A stretch of 64,000 nucleotides of DNA from Octopus vulgaris (lineage: Eukaryota), in assembly GCA_951406725.2 (NCBI GenBank), contig OX597829.1:47864001-47928000 (forward strand), written 5' to 3'. The notes beneath the pieces were generated by a model. That model was not told the DNA's origin. It saw only the letters and a program-made list of their open reading frames with translations, and searched no databases. This document shows, in pieces, positions 13,499 to 29,963 of this stretch. How positions within the stretch are numbered: the stretch's first letter is position 1; every line of letters starts with the position of its first letter. A program made the translations under genes and the position numbers.

Positions 13499-13501
<3 letters not shown>
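13128..13501 (-). mobile_element. Composite element: tRNA-like head, (AAT)n, HHR and PLE-type end, with short inverted arm (13440-13501)
   Basis: Minus strand TGGCGTAATGG...GAATTCTATTCC (A/B boxes); HHR at 13182-13227; both ends in (TA)n. Confidence 0.7.
13182..13227 (-). ncRNA. Canonical minimal type I hammerhead ribozyme
   Basis: GACAC-CTGATGA-A-GGCTG gagggtatat CAGCC-GAAA-CG-TT-GTGTT; palindromic stem III. Confidence 0.85.
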
Positions 13502-13588
<87 letters not shown>

Positions 13589-13647
13589 TTATGTATTTAT
13601 GTATGTATTTATGCATGTATGTATGTATGTATGTATGTATGTATAAA

Positions 13648-13830
13648 GGTGGTGAGCCGGCAGAAACGTTAGCACGCCGGGCGAAATGCTAAGTAGTATT
13701 TCGTCAGTTTTTACATTCTGAGTTCGAATTCCACCGAGGTCGACTTTGCCTTTCATTCTTTCGGGGTCGATAAATTAAGTACCAGTTGCATACTGGTGTT
13801 GATCTAATCGACTGGGCCCCTCCCCAAAAA
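13648..13830 (+). mobile_element. SINE S2
   Basis: Matches S2 head and central domain. Confidence 0.8.
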
Positions 13831-13862
13831 TATGTATATGCACCATACACCTACATATATAT

Positions 13863-14238
13863 GTGGAGGTGCAATGGCCCAGGAGTTAGGACAGCGGACT
13901 CGCAGTCGTGGGATCGCGGTTTCGATTCCCAGAGTGGGCGTTGTGAGTGTTTATTGAGCGAAAACATCTAAAGTTCTACGACGCTCCGGCTGGCTGTGGT
14001 GATGAGCTCTGCTGTACTCTTTCACCACAACTTTCTCTCATTCTTTGTTTCTGTTGTACCTGTATTTCAAAGGGCTAGCCTTGCCACACACTGTGTCACG
14101 CTGAATCTCCCCGAGAACTATGTTAAGGGTGCACGTGTCTGTGGAGTGCTCAGCCACTTACACGTCGATGTCACGAGTTAGTCGTTCCGTTGATCGGATC
14201 AACTGGAACCCTCGTCGTCGTACCCGACGGAGTGCCAC
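13863..14238 (+). mobile_element. tRNA-derived SINE family S3
   Basis: GTGGAGG..TGGCCCAG..GTTAGG..GGTTTCGATTCC head; copies at 28807, 45208, 48764, 59164(-). Confidence 0.85.
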
Positions 14239-14255
14239 ATATGTATATGCATATG

Positions 14256-14337
<82 letters not shown>

Positions 14338-14338
<1 letters not shown>

Positions 14339-14508
14339 TTAATCCAAACAAGAAAGCACAAAAAAACACAACAACGCGAGGACGTGGAACAAATATTGTA
14401 TTATTGGACGCTCAGGAGAGAAGGTGAGAAGGAGGGCTTAACGTTTCGAGCTGAGCTCTTCGTCGGAAAGATAGGAAAAAAAATCGCCAACAGTACACAC
14501 GAGGTCAC
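14338..14508 (-). mobile_element. Family H1 copy with HHR at 14436-14470 (core CCGACGA)
   Basis: Same fixed 3' end in (TA)n as 4708. Confidence 0.7.
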
Positions 14509-14543
14509 ATATACATATACGTATATATATACATATATATATG

Positions 14544-14608
<65 letters not shown>

Positions 14609-14610
<2 letters not shown>

Positions 14611-15732
14611 CAACAATTGAGGGTAAAATTAATTAATTAATCAATTTCACCAAGTATTCAGTATGCAAAGGGACCATTTAAGGCGAATTCAAATTATTAC
14701 ATTATATAAAAGGGCTTAGTAAAATAAATTACTTTGCCGCATACTGAACTCATTAGAAATAGCAGCTAAAAAAACTTTTTTAAAACTATTTCCAATACTT
14801 AAAGAAAATCTCTCTCATATAGTGCTTGTTCAATTCAACTCACGAAAGTATGAGGGTAGAAACATTAAAAAATCAAATGCAAAGGTTATTTGAGAACGTA
14901 CGTTTCAAGATTAGTCAAACTCGACACTTCTATCATCAGCTCAGAACTCCCTGGTTTGGATTTGAAAACACTGAAAGCAGGAGCATACCTATTCGGCTTC
15001 CCATCGCCTCCGAAGATCTACTCGAAACTAACAGTGCCAGCAAATTCAAATATGCAATTCAAATATTCTTTAAGTATTGGAAATAGTTTTAAAAAAGTTT
15101 TTTTAGCTGCTATTTCTAATGAGTTCAGTATGCGGCAAAGTAATTTATTTTACTAAGCCCTTTTATATAATGTAATAATTTGAATTCGCCTTAAATGGTC
15201 CCTTTGCATACTGAATACTTGGTGAAATTGATTAATTAATTAATTTTACCCTCAATTGTTGAAATTATAATTCTTCTCTCTCTATTTAATGCCTCGGATT
15301 TTACCGAAAAAAAGCATGTTGTTTGTTGATTTTGGCCCACGCTGGTGGAAGGGGGAGAGCAGAAATTCTTCGCTTGCATATTTGAATTTGCTGGCACTGT
15401 TAGTTTCGAGTAGATCTTCGGAGGCGATGGGAAGCCGAATAGGTATGCTCCTGCTTTCAGTGTTTTCAAATCCAAACCAGGGAGTTCTGAGCTGATGATA
15501 GAAGTGTCGAGTTTGACTAATCTTGAAACGTACGTTCTCAAATAACCTTTGCATTTGATTTTTTAATGTTTCTACCCTCATACTTTCGTGAGTTGAATTG
15601 AACAAGCACTATATGAGAGAGATTTTCTTTAAGTATTGGAAATAGTTTTAAAAAAAGTTTTTTTAGCTGCTATTTCTAATGAGTTCACTATGCGGCAAAG
15701 TAATTTATTTTACTAAGCCCTTTTATATAATG

Positions 15733-15735
<3 letters not shown>
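14609..15735. mobile_element. Head-to-head HHR repeat family with about 559-bp unit
   Basis: Left arm 14609-15056; right arm 15066-15735 with ttctttaagtattgg at 15066 and 15625; (TA)n flanks. Confidence 0.88.
15488..15540 (+). ncRNA. Type I hammerhead ribozyme (mirror copy at 14891-14943, minus strand)
   Basis: TGAG-CTGATGA-tAGA..GTC gagttt GAC..TCTt-GAAA-CGTACG-TT-CTCA; stem III palindrome ACGTACGT. Confidence 0.82.
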
Positions 15736-15774
<39 letters not shown>

Positions 15775-15778
<4 letters not shown>

Positions 15779-16121
15779 ATACGTACATATATATATATAT
15801 ATATAATAATAATAATATTAGGGAAAAATCCAAACTTACAGGGGAAAATGAGATTTAGGATTAAATTTTATAGTATAAATATATTATATTATATTATATT
15901 AAATTAGAGATAAAACCACTATTAGGCAAATCAAACAGTGAAAAACATAAGCCAATACATAAAATTAATTTAAAATATAAAAGTTAAAAATAAAAAATTA
16001 TTTAAATAATTTAAACTTATAAATTTTAAATATATATATACAAATATATATATATATATGTATATGTTTATATTTATATATTATTTTATTTATAATTTTA
16101 TTTTGTTTTATCTCTAATTTA

Positions 16122-16206
<85 letters not shown>

Positions 16207-16223
16207 GTACATATACATATACG

Positions 16224-16254
<31 letters not shown>

Positions 16255-16598
16255 ATACGTACATATATATATATATATATAATAATAATAATATTAGGGA
16301 AAAAATCCAAACTTACAGGGGAAAATGAGATTTAGGATTAAATTTTATAGTATAAATATATTATATTATATTATATTAAATTAGAGATAAAACCACTATT
16401 AGGCAAATCAAACAGTGAAAAACATAAGCCAATACATAAAATTAATTTAAAATATAAAAGTTAAAAATAAAAAATTATTTAAATAATTTAAACTTATAAA
16501 TTTTAAATATATATATACAAATATATATATATATATGTATATGTTTATATTTATATATTATTTTATTTATAATTTTATTTTGTTTTATCTCTAATTTA

Positions 16599-16610
<12 letters not shown>
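15775..16610. repeat. Tandem duplication (period about 476) of an AT-rich unit with internal inverted repeat
   Basis: gggaaaaatccaaac at 15821 and 16297; attaaattagagataaaac / gttttatctctaatttaat inverted pair in each unit. Confidence 0.85.
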
Positions 16611-16686
<76 letters not shown>

Positions 16687-16697
16687 TATACATATAC

Positions 16698-16739
<42 letters not shown>

Positions 16740-17559
16740 CTATACATACACATATATATATTAACGTTTTGCTTAGGCACGACGATATTGATACCCTTAG
16801 TATCAGAAATCAATATATATATATATGCTTCAGAACAAAGCGTCAGTCGAGTACAGAGCAATCATAAGAAATTAAAATGACGAAGGAATAATAAATTATG
16901 CCGTGAACGCCATTACCTTACAGCTGTTTCTGCTATAGAATTATATGCATTTATTGATGACCGCTTGCGTATCCCCATAAAACTTCAACTGAACTTCAAG
17001 CTCAAGTGCAATTTTATTTTAACAATTCTGTAACTTTATAGTTTTTAAATTTATTCTCTTGACATTTTAATTTCTTATATATATATATATATATATACAT
17101 ACATTTATATATGATATAAGCATACACATACATACATTCATATACATATAGAGAGAGGGGGAGGGCGAGAGGGAGGGAGAGAGAGAGAAAGACAGAGACG
17201 AGTGGGGTAAAAACCATGCAGGTAACATGAATAAAATTCAAGGCAAAAAAGGAAACAAACAAAAAGTGCGACTCACAATGAAACAAGTGAAAGCACGGGT
17301 CTGAAAAGCGTGGAAATATAGAGTTAAAAAAAGAAAGAGAAAAGAAAGGAAATAAAAGAGAAGTACAATGGAGCTTAATACGTAAAGGAAATGACATGTT
17401 TGGGGGGTGAAAAGAAAAGAATATAGAAAAAAGAAGTGAGGCAACACAAAGCGTTAGAAGAGGCACACACCTTGGTAACTGACATGAATGTACATATTTG
17501 TGTCAAAAAAAAAAGCTAGGTCATTAAAATCGCACACATTATTAGAGTAGGTCTTACTT

Positions 17560-18650
17560 GAAGGCCACCCTTATTTCTAGCGATCATTGGGAGCAAAATA
17601 AGGATTCTGAGCAGAAGCAATCTGCCATCATTGGGTTCTTTACGAAGGAGGAGTGCAGGATCTCCAACTTCCACACTAAGTTATTGATTGTTTGCGATGA
17701 CGACACCATTGACGAAAGCAAAATGTGTATAAATGGACTATGGAGTTTAAAGAAGAAGAGAAACAGGTATTGCAGACAAGTCGTATAGTGGGAGACAATT
17801 AAATGTGATCACTGACACGAAACACTAGCGAGAGAGAGAGAGAGAGAGAGCGAATTGACGCGTGTGGACTTACAAGTGGCAATCCGTGAGTTTGCTGCAC
17901 GACTAGAGTATAGCCACTATGATTTACAGAAGATAGCGAAAGACTTTGGGTATCACAAAGTGTGTGCAAAGTGGATACCTCGGTAGTTTTGACACCCGGT
18001 TTGAATGTGAAAAGAACGGAAGTCTATTTCTGATCTGCTGGAAGCATTTGAATCCATTCCAACCAGGTGACGGAAGTTGAAACTTTACGTATCTTTATGT
18101 TCCGTAAACGAGGCTTCGGTCCATTGAATGGCGTCGTATCTCACCTCAAAAACTTTAGTATAAGAGTCAGCGGTCAGCACAGAACGTCACAATGGCTGTT
18201 TTGCGGGATGACAGGGACGTCGTTCGCTTTGATTTCTTGAAAAATGTGACTGCCCAGTGAACGGCTAGCAGTACATGTAGATACTTCAAAAAAAAAAAAG
18301 CTTAGAGAAGCCATTACGAAGAAGGGACCGAGTACGAATCCGAAAACGATCCACATGCCCCGTGACATTGCATGACTAACGACATCTTTGGCAACGAATC
18401 TGGGAAATCGGCGAATTTGGCTGGTAAGGTGGTCCCCATCCACCTTAGCGTCCTAATACTTCCATCTGTTCAATTGAATAAGGGACACTTTTCGGAGAAA
18501 ATAATATGATGAAAACAAATGAGGTGAAATTGGGTGTGAAGTGGCGAATACAATAATGCAGGGCTAAATTCTTTTTTAAAGAGAATTCAAGAATTAGATT
18601 CAACGATAGCACAAATGTTACGCTTATGACAGATACTATGTTGAGTTGTA
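17560..18650 (+). pseudogene. Decayed mariner transposase
   Basis: EQKQSAIIGFF N-terminal-like segment, LGYHKVCAKWIPR (WVPR-type motif), and a PHPP remnant near 18435; many disruptions. Confidence 0.7.
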
Positions 18651-19131
18651 TCTTTGCATACTAGAAAAGTTACCATACTAACAGGTGAAGGGGAGTCGGG
18701 ACAAAGGTAGTGGTGGTGGTGGTGGTGGTGGTGGTAGTTTGTGGCGGCGGAGGTCAGTCGTTGATAAAAGTTAATCCATAGAAGTCTGAATGAAAGGAGG
18801 CCTGTATGTATCAAATCAACTCTAGCTTTGCATCTCCTCCTCTCCGTCATATATCCCTAATACTTTTGAGGAAAGCATGACTAGCACAAAGCGCCCTCTT
18901 TTGCTCATAACATCTCCTCATCGTCATCATGTCTCTCACTCTCTCAGTCTCACTCTTTCTCTTTCTTTCTATTTCTCCCTTTTGGACTCTCTCTCTTTCT
19001 CTCTCTCATTCTCTTTCTCCCTCTCGCTCCCCTCTCTTTCTTTCTCTCTCTCTCTCTCTCGCATAGACAGTCTTTCTCTATTACTATCCCTCATTCACAC
19101 CCTCTCAGTTCTCTATCTGCCTGCCCCTCAA

Positions 19132-19361
19132 GGCGGCGAGCTGGCAGAAACGTTAGCACGCCGGGCGAAATGCTTAGCAGTATTTTGTCTGCCGCTACGT
19201 TCTGAGTTCAAATTCCGCCGAGGTCGACTTTGCCTTTCATCCTTTCGGGTTCGATAAATTAAGTACCAGTTACGCACTGGGGTCGATATAATCGACTTAA
19301 TCCGTCTGTCTGTCCTTGTTTGTCCCCTCTGTGTTTAGCCCCTTGTGGGTAGCAAAGAAAT
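19132..19361 (+). mobile_element. SINE S2
   Basis: Full copy; duplicated at 21581-21800. Confidence 0.85.
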
Positions 19362-19812
19362 ATATATTATACCGATAAACTAAATCAAACGTTGCAAATA
19401 AGTGTTAGTATCTTGCGTACTGTATCGTTTATATTAAGTAATCGATATAGTAATCGAATCAACGTAATTTTACTGCAATTAATTATATTGATTTGGAGAG
19501 CTGAAATAAGACAAATAAACAAATAATTAAATATATAAATGAATACGGGGAAAGACGATCATTTCAACAAGGTTAAATACTGTAAAACAAAAAGCAAATA
19601 CTTGATGTTCGTCGCTGTCTGGTTTTATACCGTTTGTGATAAAACACCACAACACTAATGAGAATGACAATTTATTCAAATTTTGAGACAAAGACAAGAC
19701 AAGTGGAATGGTTAGTCGGTTACATCTATCTTAGTGCTCAACTCCGACGCAGTAACCACTCTGCCACCTCGCCGCCTTGATGATGATAATGATAATAATA
19801 ATAACTATTATA

Positions 19813-19866
<54 letters not shown>

Positions 19867-19893
19867 ATAACAATAATAATAATAATAATAATA

Positions 19894-19940
<47 letters not shown>

Positions 19941-19971
19941 AATAACAATAATAATAATAATAATAATAATA

Positions 19972-20044
<73 letters not shown>

Positions 20045-20055
20045 TGATGATGATG

Positions 20056-20098
<43 letters not shown>

Positions 20099-20130
20099 CA
20101 ATAATAATAATAATAATGATGATGATGATG

Positions 20131-20165
<35 letters not shown>

Positions 20166-20171
20166 TATAAC

Positions 20172-20255
<84 letters not shown>

Positions 20256-20256
<1 letters not shown>

Positions 20257-20876
20257 TTTTTAATAGACCACCTAATCTCAGGGTGTAGAGCCTTAGCACC
20301 TGTAGAATATAAAGCAAGACATGACAGAGTCGGCCAGTATTTATACTGGACAATATGTCGGCATTATAAAATCAAAACCGCTGACAAATGGTATAAACAT
20401 CATCCTGAAGTTGTGACTGAGGGAGAAAATGTGTCGATTCTCTGGGATTTCCCCGTACAGACCGACAGGACTATAAAAGCTAATAAACCGGATATTATTA
20501 TAAAAGATCAGACAAAAAAGGTGTGTTTATTAATTGACATGAGTATTCCTTGCGATCACAATATAGCGGCGAAAGAATTTGACAAGATCAGTAAATATAA
20601 AGACTTGCTAATAGAAATTGAAAAAATGTGGCATTTCAAGGTGACTACAGTACCAGTAATTGTAGGATCTCTAGGAATGATGAAAAAAAGGTACTGAATC
20701 CTATTTGAAAATGATTCCAGGCTTACCATCTCTACAGGATGTGCAAAAAATCGTGTTAACTGGAATGACTCATGTATTGAGAAGAGCAATTTTGCTGTGA
20801 AAACAACATCCATTCATGAATTTATTTATTTATTAATTTTTTAAATATATATTTTATCTGTGAATTTGCGTGTAAT
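20256..20876 (+). mobile_element. 5'-truncated Dong/R4-like non-LTR retrotransposon (RLE domain)
   Basis: DHLISGC..YKARHDRV..LWDFPVQTD..NKPDIII..LIDMSIP..KISKYKDL motifs; preceded by (AAT)n, the known Dong target type. Confidence 0.85.
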
Positions 20877-20964
20877 AATCTGGTTCTTTTCCATACCGAA
20901 ACTACTTTGAAAAATGTATTATTAAATTAATAATTTTTTACCCTATATCTATAATATATATATA

Positions 20965-21167
20965 TACTCTTGTACTCTTTTACTCTTTTACTTGTTTCAG
21001 TCATTTGACTGCGGCCATGCTGGAGCACCGCCTTTAGTCGAGCAAATCGACCCCGGGACTTATTCTTTGTAAGCCCAGTACTTATTCTATCGGTCTCTTT
21101 TGCCGAACCGCTAAGTGACGGGGACGTAAACACACCAGCAAACACACATACACAAACACACACACAT

Positions 21168-21222
<55 letters not shown>

Positions 21223-21372
21223 TACGACAGGCTTCTTTCAGTTTCCGTCTACCAAATCCACTCACAAGGCATTGGTCGGCTCGGGGTTATAGCAGAAGAC
21301 ACTTGCCCAAGATGCCACGCAGTGGGACTGAACCCGGAACCATGTGGTTGGTTAGCAAGCTACTTACCACAC
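20965..21372 (-). mobile_element. SINE S1
   Basis: Matches family, with small internal deletion. Confidence 0.83.
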
Positions 21373-22217
21373 AGATATATATATCTTTTCATTTCTTCCT
21401 TACCGCAACTATCATTCCCTCTTTTTCCACCTGTTTTTTTCTATTTCCCCTTGTTTCAGTTCCACCGGCTAATTTTCACTTTTCATTTTTCGACTGTGCT
21501 TTCCTATTTCAGCAACCTCTCATTCCGTAACCAGCCTGTTTAGTTATAGAAACACTCTTCCTATTGACTACCAAGTCGTGAGAAACGTTAGCACGCCGGA
21601 CGAAATGTGTAGCTGTATTTCGTCTGCCGTTACGTTCTGAGTTCAAACTCCGCCGAGGACGACTTTGCCTTTCATCCTTTCGGGGTCGATCAATTAAGTA
21701 CCAGTTACGCACTGGAGTCGATGTAATCGACTTAATCCGTTTGTCTGTCCTTGTTTGTCCCCTCTGTGCTTAGCCCCTTGTGGGTAGTAAAGAAATAGGT
21801 ATTATACTGATAAACTAAATCAAACGTTGCAAATAAGTGTTAATTTCTTGCGTACTGTATTGTTTATATTAAGGAGACAAGTATAGTAATCGAATCAACG
21901 TAATTTTACTGAAATTAATTATATTGATTTGGAGAGCTGAAATAAGACAAATAAACAAATAATTAAATATATAAATGAATACGAGGAAAGACGATCATTT
22001 CAACAAGGTAAAACAAAAAGCAAAAACTTGATGTTCGTCGCTGTCTGGCTTTATACCGTTTGTGATAAAAACACCGCAACAATAATGAGAATAACAATTT
22101 ATTCAAATTTTGCGACAAGACCAGACAAGTGGAATGGTTTGTCGGTTACATCTATCCTAGAGCTCAACTCCGACGCAGTAACCACTCAGCCACCTCGCCG
22201 CTTTGATGATGATAATG

Positions 22218-22362
<145 letters not shown>

Positions 22363-22486
22363 TGATGATGATGATGATGATAATAATAATAATAATAATG
22401 ATGATGATGATGATGATAATAATAATAATAATAATAATAATGATGATGATGATGATGATGATAATAATAATAACAATAACTATAAC

Positions 22487-23337
<851 letters not shown>

Positions 23338-23438
23338 AATAATAATAACAACCACTGGAATATGTGCGGTAATGATTACTATCATCACCATCATTATCAT
23401 CATCATCATTATCATCATCATTATTATTATTATTTTAA

Positions 23439-23556
<118 letters not shown>

Positions 23557-23592
23557 CATCATCCTCATCATCATCATCATCATTATTATTAC

Positions 23593-23649
<57 letters not shown>

Positions 23650-23651
<2 letters not shown>

Positions 23652-24235
23652 TGTTTGACTTTTGCTTTATATTTGTACAAGTTGGCTCCAAGTCTCACCG
23701 AGAGACCTCAAGAGACAACAGGTTGGAAGTTCATGTTGTTATGCCTAGTGTGCCATATATTTGGGGGGGGGGTTGTACTAATGAATGTCTAAAAAATTTT
23801 TTTTTTTTTTTAAACCGAAAATTATGTTTGTTTTAAACCTTGAGATTACATAGAAAGTATTTTGCGTAGGATATGAGCAGTTCCCATGAGCACTATCTTT
23901 TGAACTTCTGCCATTTTGGGGTTTCCTGGTATCTGAGTTAGGTAGCTATCAGCCCCTTTTGCTATCATTCCCAGGGCACCTATGACAACAGGTATTGTTT
24001 TAGTCTTCAGGTTCCACATTTTGCTGATTTCTACTTCAAGATCTTTGTATTTGCTCAGTTTTTGGTAGGTCTTGACAGATACGTTTATATCGATTGGGAC
24101 AGTCATATCAATGAGGAGGCATGTTCTTTGTCTGAAGTCTTTCAATATGATGTCTGGCCTATTTGCATCTATCTTTCTGTCAGTTTGAATGGTGAAGCTC
24201 CAGAGGAGTGAGATGTGGTCATTTTCAAGCACTGG
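23650..24235 (-). mobile_element. Different Dong/R4-like RLE 3' fragment
   Basis: ORF 23846-24232 with LLWSFTIQTDRKIDANRPDIILKD..LIDMTVP..KLSKYKDL..PVVIGALG; (TAA)n flanks. Confidence 0.85.
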
Positions 24236-24240
24236 GGATG

Positions 24241-26237
<1,997 letters not shown>

Positions 26238-26567
26238 TCTATTTATTCATTTATTCAGCTGTTAATTTATTTTTGACACATGCAGAGCACAGAGGTTTTA
26301 TGGGAAACAATATCTTGGTACGTCCACGCTTTTTTTTCCAATAACATTTACAGGTGTAAAGAAACCGAATATTTCACTGATATCGAAATTAAGTAATAGA
26401 TACGGACAACCGGGAAACTAATAAGCATAGAACATGTTAACAGTGAATTTTCACACTTTCTAGTATGTATGTCATTGTTTCCATTATAAATATTGAAAAA
26501 CGCATATATGTGTTTGTGCGTGTATGTTTGAATGTGCGCGTGAGTATGGAGTTTGGATCATAAAGCT

Positions 26568-26997
26568 ATACTCTTTTACTCTTTTACTTTGTTTCAGTCA
26601 TGTGACTATGGCCATGCTGGAGCAGCGCCTTTAGTCGAGCAAATCAACCACCAGGACTTATTCTTTGGAAGCCTAGTATTTATTCTATCGGTGTCTTTTA
26701 CAGAACCACTAAGTTACGGGGACATAAACATACCAGCATCGATTGTCAAGCGATATTGGGGGGAACAAACACAGACACAAATACATACACACACACACAC
26801 ACACATATATATACATATATACGACGGGCTTCTTTCAGTTTCCGTCTACCAAATCCACTCACAAGGCTTTGGTGGGTCCGAGGCTGTAGTAGAAGACACT
26901 TGCCCAAGGTGCCACGCAGTGGGACTGAACCCGGAACCATGTGGCTCGTAAGCAAGCTACTTTATTTCATATACTTACTACACAGCCACTCCTACGC
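26568..26997 (-). mobile_element. SINE S1
   Basis: Matches family. Confidence 0.82.
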
Positions 26998-27063
26998 TTC
27001 AACTTTTTTCCATCTAAAAGGGCTTTTCTATCCAATATTTACAGGCTATAATTTATAGCTTAA

Positions 27064-27275
27064 GGCGACCAGCTGGCAGAGTCGTTAGCATGTCGAGCAA
27101 AATGCTTGGAGGCATTTTGTCCAGCTTTACGTTCCGAGTTCAAATTCTGCCGAAGTCGATTTTGCTTTTCGATATCGATAAAGTAAGTACCAGTTGAACA
27201 CTTGGGGTGGGGGTCGAATTAACCGATTTATTTCCTTCTCCGAAATAGTTGGCCTTGTTCCAAAATTTGAACCCA
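27064..27275 (+). mobile_element. Diverged SINE S2
   Basis: Head and central domain recognisable. Confidence 0.65.
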
Positions 27276-27364
27276 CTGTTTATAACTTTACACGTGCTTC
27301 GAGATCCAGTTGCAAAAGAGAATTGTTTCACGCTCTCTCGAAAGTGTATGAATTCTTATGACGT

Positions 27365-27422
<58 letters not shown>

Positions 27423-27473
27423 GCAAGATTTTTTATGGCTAAACTGGCAAAATGACCATTCCGAAATATAACA

Positions 27474-27541
<68 letters not shown>

Positions 27542-28303
27542 TTAAATAAGACAGAAAATAGAGAAATATCAATGAACAACAATTGACTTACATCAATTAT
27601 TATTTATTAATTCGATATAAACAGGATGCTAACATTAGCTATTTGATTTATAATCAATTGGCTGTCATCCATCAGCATGTGGTGAATACGATCAATATTT
27701 TCCTCAGTGGTGGCAGTTGCAGGACGTCAAGACCCTGGGTCAGATTCAAGAATCTCCCACCAGTTGCTCACTTTTAAACTGTTGATAAAATTGGGGACTC
27801 ATCGCTTAACGTAGCAACCATAACAGCATGAATGTCCTTGAGAGATAAACCATTTTATCTGCAGGTACATGTTAACACAATGATGCCAAATTTTGTCCAT
27901 TTTCAAGGGAAGTTGCTGTCGGTTACTTGTAAAGTCTTCTTTGAACAATCAGGTGTCAGTTTACCTGGAAAGAAACAATGCAGTTATTGATAAGACGTAT
28001 TCATAAGTGTGTGTCCGTGAGTATATGCGTCAATTTCTCTTTTCTTCACCTTTAATTTGTTTCTGTCAATGGACTACGGTCAGGCTGAAGCACCACCTTT
28101 GACAGGTTTTAGTCAAACGAATTGACCCCAGTAATTTTTTGCATTTAAGTATGGTACTCATTTTATCGTTAGCTATTGCCGAACCGCTAAGTTACGAAGA
28201 CGTAAACAAACAAGCAAATACCAGTTGCGAAGCGGTGCAGTGGGACGGACATAAACACATACACACACACATACGTGTACAAACACATACACACACATGT
28301 GTG

Positions 28304-28358
<55 letters not shown>

Positions 28359-28541
28359 GTATGTACGTATGTTTGTATGCATGCATGCATGTATGTATGT
28401 ATGTATGTATGTATGTATGTATGTATGTATGTATGTATGTATGTATCTATGTATGTATGTATATTCCTGTTCAACTGTTAAACCTACGATCACTAAAACT
28501 AAACGATACAGGGTTTATTTACGGAGATATCCCTTATAGCA

Positions 28542-28602
28542 TCGCCTAACGAGACGCGTCTGCGAGGGATTGATCCAGGATGGGTCGAAACGATCGTTGT
28601 GG
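28542..28602 (+). ncRNA. Degenerate HHR (G5 to A)
   Basis: TCGC-CTAACGA-GAC...GTC-GAAA-CGATCG-TT-GTGG; stem III palindrome ACGATCGT. Confidence 0.5.
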
Positions 28603-28668
28603 CCATAACATTTCTCGTATTTTGCTTCTCTATCATTTGTTTGTGTGTATATATATATATATATATAC

Positions 28669-29110
28669 CAGTGGTTAGGGCAGCGGACTCACTGTTGTAG
28701 GATCGCGGTTTCGATTCCCAGACCGGGCGTTGTGAGTGTTTATTGAGCGAAAACACCTAAAAGCTCCACGATGCAGGGATGGTGGTGATCCCTGCTGTAC
28801 TCTTAAGTGGAGGTGCAATGGCCTAGTGGTGAGGGCAGCGGACTCGCGGTCGTAGGATCGGGGTTTTGATTCCCAGAACGGGTGTTTTGTGAGTGTTTAT
28901 TGAGCAAAAACACCTAAAAGCTCCACGAGGCTCCGGCAGGGGGTGGTGGCGATCCCTGCTGTACTCTTTCACCACTCTTTCTCCCACTCTTTCTTCTGTT
29001 GGCCTGCTCGCTTAGCCAGCGGGGTGGCGCCATTCGAAGGCTAAAACAATGCGAACGCATTGTGACCAGCGATGTGTAACTACATCTGATGGACTGGTCG
29101 GTCACGTGAT
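28669..29110 (+). mobile_element. Two adjacent S3 SINEs (a partial copy and a copy with an alternative tail)
   Basis: Heads at about 28669 and 28807; second diverges after ctctttcaccac. Confidence 0.78.
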
Positions 29111-29723
29111 GGTTACGTGATATATATATATATATATATATACGAATGGCTTCCACCAAATTTACAAACAAAGTGGGCTTATGACAGAAAACACTCACCC
29201 ACGATACCACGGGTGGAACTGAACACGAAGCGAAGCTTTTTAACCACCCAAATATACTTTTGTCTATCATACGGTCATGCTTGCGCCAATTGCGTATTTG
29301 TGCAACTCATATGAACTCGTGTTTCGTGACTTCATAGGTCCGTCCACTAACCGTGGTTACTAACATATTTCTAACTCAAACACGAAACTGATTTCCACTT
29401 GAAGCTTACATAAGAGCTACAAAAAAAAACACATATATATTAAAAAACATGGAAATTGTTTTTCTTGTACATGACTATGTAAAAAATATCAGGTGTATAT
29501 GTACATATATATATATATATATATATATGCATAAATGTAAGAGTATGTGTGTGTCTAGTATGCATTGTTTGTTAGTTTTTGCTTTTTTGTTATATTTTGT
29601 CTCTTTACTTTTTGTATATATAAATGTGTGTCAGTGTGTCTACAATAGAGACAGTGACTCATCGTAAAATAAGATATTAAAAAAATAAGAAATATATGGA
29701 AACACAATATATTCATGTGTGTG

Positions 29724-29768
<45 letters not shown>

Positions 29769-29773
29769 GCATA

Positions 29774-29922
29774 GGCGCAGAAGTGGCTGTATGGTAAGTA
29801 GCTTATTTACCACCCACATGGTTCCGGATTCAGTCCCATTGTATAGCACCTTGGTCAAATGTCTTCTACTATAGCCTTGTGAGTGGATTTGGTAGACGGG
29901 AACTGGAAGAAGTCCGTCGTAC

Positions 29923-29963
<41 letters not shown>

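Noticed and set aside
15282-15605. 107-aa and 101-aa ORFs in the 559-bp unit
   Set aside because: Non-ATG starts, no motifs, antisense to the HHR
16760-16812. HHR-like CTGATAC...AAAACGTT on the minus strand
   Set aside because: Both core halves are mutated and there is no convincing stem II
27900-27980. Strong minus-strand splice acceptor TGTTTCTTTCCAG followed by GKLTPDCSKKTLQVTDSNFP*
   Set aside because: Single short frame with no partner exon or homology evidence; cannot be supported without RNA-seq
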